A stretch of 64,000 nucleotides of DNA from positions 17,577,608 to 17,641,607 of the forward strand of contig NW_026943821.1 of the NCBI RefSeq assembly GCF_035594765.1, in the 5' to 3' direction. The notes beneath the pieces are model-generated. The model was not told the DNA's origin and made no database searches. It saw only the letters and a program-made list of their open reading frames with translations. The stretch comes from Anolis carolinensis (taxonomy: Eukaryota). Of this stretch, positions 61,506 through 64,000 are shown piece by piece. How positions within the stretch are numbered: position 1 is the first letter of the stretch; each line of letters begins with the position of its first letter. The translations under genes were made by a program, and so were the position numbers.

Positions 61506-61741
61506 GGGCTCGGGCTGTGGCGCAGGCTGGAGAGCAGCTGCAATCAATCACTGCAATGAATCACTCTGACCAGGAGGTCATGAGTTCGAGGCCCGGCTCG
61601 GAGCCTATGTTTGTTTGTCTTTGTTCTATGTTAAAAGGCATTGAATGTTTGCCTATTTGTGTAATGTGATCCGCCCTGAGTCCCCTTCGGCATGAGAAGG
61701 CCGAAATATAAATGCTGTAAATAAATAAATAAATAAATAAA
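61506..61741 (+). mobile_element. tRNA-derived SINE with L2-type tail (Anolis SINE2-like)
   Basis: A box TGGCGCAGGCTGG, B box GAGTTCGAGGCCC, tail CCGCCCTGAGTCCCCTTCGG..(AAAT)n. Confidence 0.7.
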
Positions 61742-62041
61742 AGGAGCCCTGGTAGCGAAGTGTGTTAAAGCACTGAGCTGCTGAACTTGCAGACCGAAAG
61801 GTCCCAGGTTCAAATCCCAGGAGCGGAGTGAGCACCCACTCCAGCCAACCTAGCAGTTCGAAAACATGCCAGTGTGAGTAGTAGGCGGGAAGGTAACAGT
61901 GGTCCATGCAGTCATGCCGGCCACATGATCTTGGAGGTGTCTACGGACAACGGTGGCTCTTCGGCTTAGAAATGGAGATGAGCACCAACCCCCAGAGTCG
62001 GACACGACTGGACTTAACGTCAGGGGAAACCTTTACCTTTA
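61742..62041 (+). mobile_element. Sauria SINE
   Basis: tRNA-like head with GGTTCAAATCC. Ends GGAAACCTTTACCTTTA. Confidence 0.9.
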
Positions 62042-62615
62042 CTATATATTACATATAATATTACAGTATAGTGGTATAGTTCAATATAGTAATATATAAT
62101 GCTAATATTGTGCTATGCTAATAATATAATATATTGTATGTACATAGAGCTGCTCTGAGTCCCCTTTGTGGTGAGAAGGGTGGGATATAAATGTAGTAAA
62201 TAAATGCAGTAAATAAATAATTAATTTTGGACTTAGGTTCAGCCAAAGGCTGAAATGACTTGAAGGCACACAACAACAACAACCCTAATTCACTTAACTA
62301 TCTCATTGGCCAGAAGCAGGCCCACACTTTCCATTGAAATCCTGATAGGTTTATGTTGGTTAAAATTGTTTTCATTTTAAAATATTGTATTGTTCTTTCA
62401 TTGTTGTTGTTGCTGTTTTGCAACATGTGCAGTGTGCATAGGAATTTGTTCGTATTTCTTTTTTCAAATGATAATTCGGCCCCTCAACAGTCTGAAGGAT
62501 TGTGGACCGGCCCTCTGCTTCAAAAGTTTGACCCCTGGACTAGCTAGACCAGAATTCCCTATTGTGTATCAAGAAATGTGCACCCTAATTATTTATCCAA
62601 ATCGGTCTCATTCTC

Positions 62616-62812
62616 GTGTCAAAGGCTTTCACAGCCTGAATTACTGTGGTGTTGTGTGGTTTCCGGGCTGTATGGTTCTGTTCTTGCAGCATTTTCTCTT
62701 GATGTTTCGCCTTCGAGCCTCTGAAGATGTCAGCCACAGATGGAGGCGAAACATCAGGAGAAAATGCTGCTAGAACACGGACATACACCCCGGAAACCAC
62801 ACAACACCCCAA
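62616..62812. mobile_element. Penelope-like inverted pLTR with decayed hammerhead (62718-62760)
   Basis: Inverted structure with CUGAAGA..GAAAC-AUC-AGG. Confidence 0.7.
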
Positions 62813-63230
62813 CAAAGTCTCATTATTGTGCAGATGATAACTTTATTGGTATAAAACAGCAAAATATTTTGCAGATGTTATATAAGAGCAAAAAAAAAAA
62901 AGTACAAATTGGCGAAAGCAATTACACTTTACATTATTGTCTGGGTTAAACAATTGACCACATTTACAAGGTTTACATAGTGAAATTTGGCATGGTGCAG
63001 TGTTAATTGCCTAACGTCACATCGCTGTTCAAACACTCTGAGTGTTCCTTAGTTCATTAATTACGACATTTCTTCATAGTGTCCTCATGCTTGTTCTTGG
63101 GAAGTATCCAATTTCCTAGCTCTTATCCATTCAGGTATAAACAGTTTTTATTGCTTCCTCATACTGCCAAGCCCTCTAATTCCCGTACAAAGATGTCTGA
63201 GCAAATGGTCTGTTTCTAAAACTCTATATA

Positions 63231-63542
63231 GGTAAAAGTAAAGGTTCCCCCCCCAAAATTAAGTCTAGTCATGTCCGACTCCATTTCTAAGCCGAAGAGT
63301 CAGCATTGTCCATAGACACCTCCAAAGTCATGTAACCGGCATGACTGCATGGAGTGCCGTTACCTTTCTGCCGGAGCAGTACCTATTGATCTAATCACAT
63401 TTGCATGTTTTCAAACTGCTAGGTTGGCAGAAGCTGGGGGTAATAGCAGAAGCTCACCACGCTCCCCAGATTCGAATCGCCGACCTTTTGGTCAGCGAGT
63501 TCAGCAGCTCAGTGGTTTAACCCGCTGTGCCATCAGGGCTCC
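63231..63542 (-). mobile_element. Sauria SINE (internally deleted)
   Basis: Body matches the other three copies. Confidence 0.85.
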
Positions 63543-63576
63543 TATATATCTAGAGTGATATAGAAAACTCTATATA

Positions 63577-64000
63577 TCTATATATATAAAAGAGTGATGG
63601 CATCATGGCGACCCACAAAACAACAAAACTACAGGCCCCCCAACCTCAAAATTTGACAACACAACCCATTATCCATGCCTCTAGGTTGATACAACAAAAA
63701 GAAAAGAAAAATAAAGTCCTAATTTGAGAGAGAGGAATAATTGCTTTTATCCAATTGCTGCCAGTTAGAAGGCTAAGCTCCTCCAACTTGGTCTCCTAGC
63801 AACCCAATAAAAAATAATAAAAAACACTAAAAATTAATACAATAAAATACTATAATAACAGAAAATAACTAAAAATAATACAAGAAAATAATAAAATATA
63901 ATAAATAAAAATATAACTTACAATAAAATTAATAAAAAATTGCAAATAACATCAAATAAAAATTACACAACAATTTTTAACCAATACCACCACCACTTTG
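63577..64000 (+). mobile_element. Probable Helitron 5' end, running off the window
   Basis: Starts A|TCTATATATATAAAAG, a Helitron-type 5' terminus, followed by A-rich internal sequence. The 3' CTAG/hairpin is not in the window. Confidence 0.45.

Larger units (their letters stand above)
61265..62537. mobile_element. Non-autonomous hAT element with nested SINEs
   Basis: TIR CAGGGGTCCCCAAACT / AAAAGTTTG-ACCCCTG. TSD gactagat/gactagct. Opposite orientation to the 21120 and 27597 copies. Confidence 0.8.

Noticed and set aside
61506-61830. tRNA genes
   Set aside because: The A/B boxes belong to SINE heads that continue into SINE bodies and tails.

Overview
Vertebrate genomic DNA, almost certainly a squamate and probably an Anolis-type lizard, judged by Sauria SINEs, Penelope termini, an R4/Dong fragment and CR1/L2 LINEs. 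Two convergent multi-exon genes are present. (1) DYRK1B on + has a CpG island at the window start and 10 coding exons at 24295-33556 giving 633 aa. A probable alternative coding first exon at 18257-18344 lies behind an E-box cluster and splices in frame. (2) A complete beta-1,4-galactosyltransferase (GT7, B4GALT3-like) on - has 6 coding exons at 46175-40557 giving 354 aa, with a non-coding exon 1 and a CCAAT/CRE/GC-box promoter near 56.1-56.45 kb. It looks like a paralog with no counterpart beside mammalian DYRK1B. Introns and flanks are dense with transposons. These include composite hAT elements with 8-bp TSDs (one carries a 95-bp hairpin minisatellite with an invertible linker), Penelope termini with minimal hammerhead ribozymes, and a microsatellite-targeting R4/Dong fragment. 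Most ORFs in the supplied track are spurious or repeat-derived. No clearly novel multi-gene system was found. The best leads are the alternative DYRK1B N-terminal exon, the B4GALT paralog, the hairpin minisatellite and the ribozymes. Family assignments rest on recalled motifs, not database searches.
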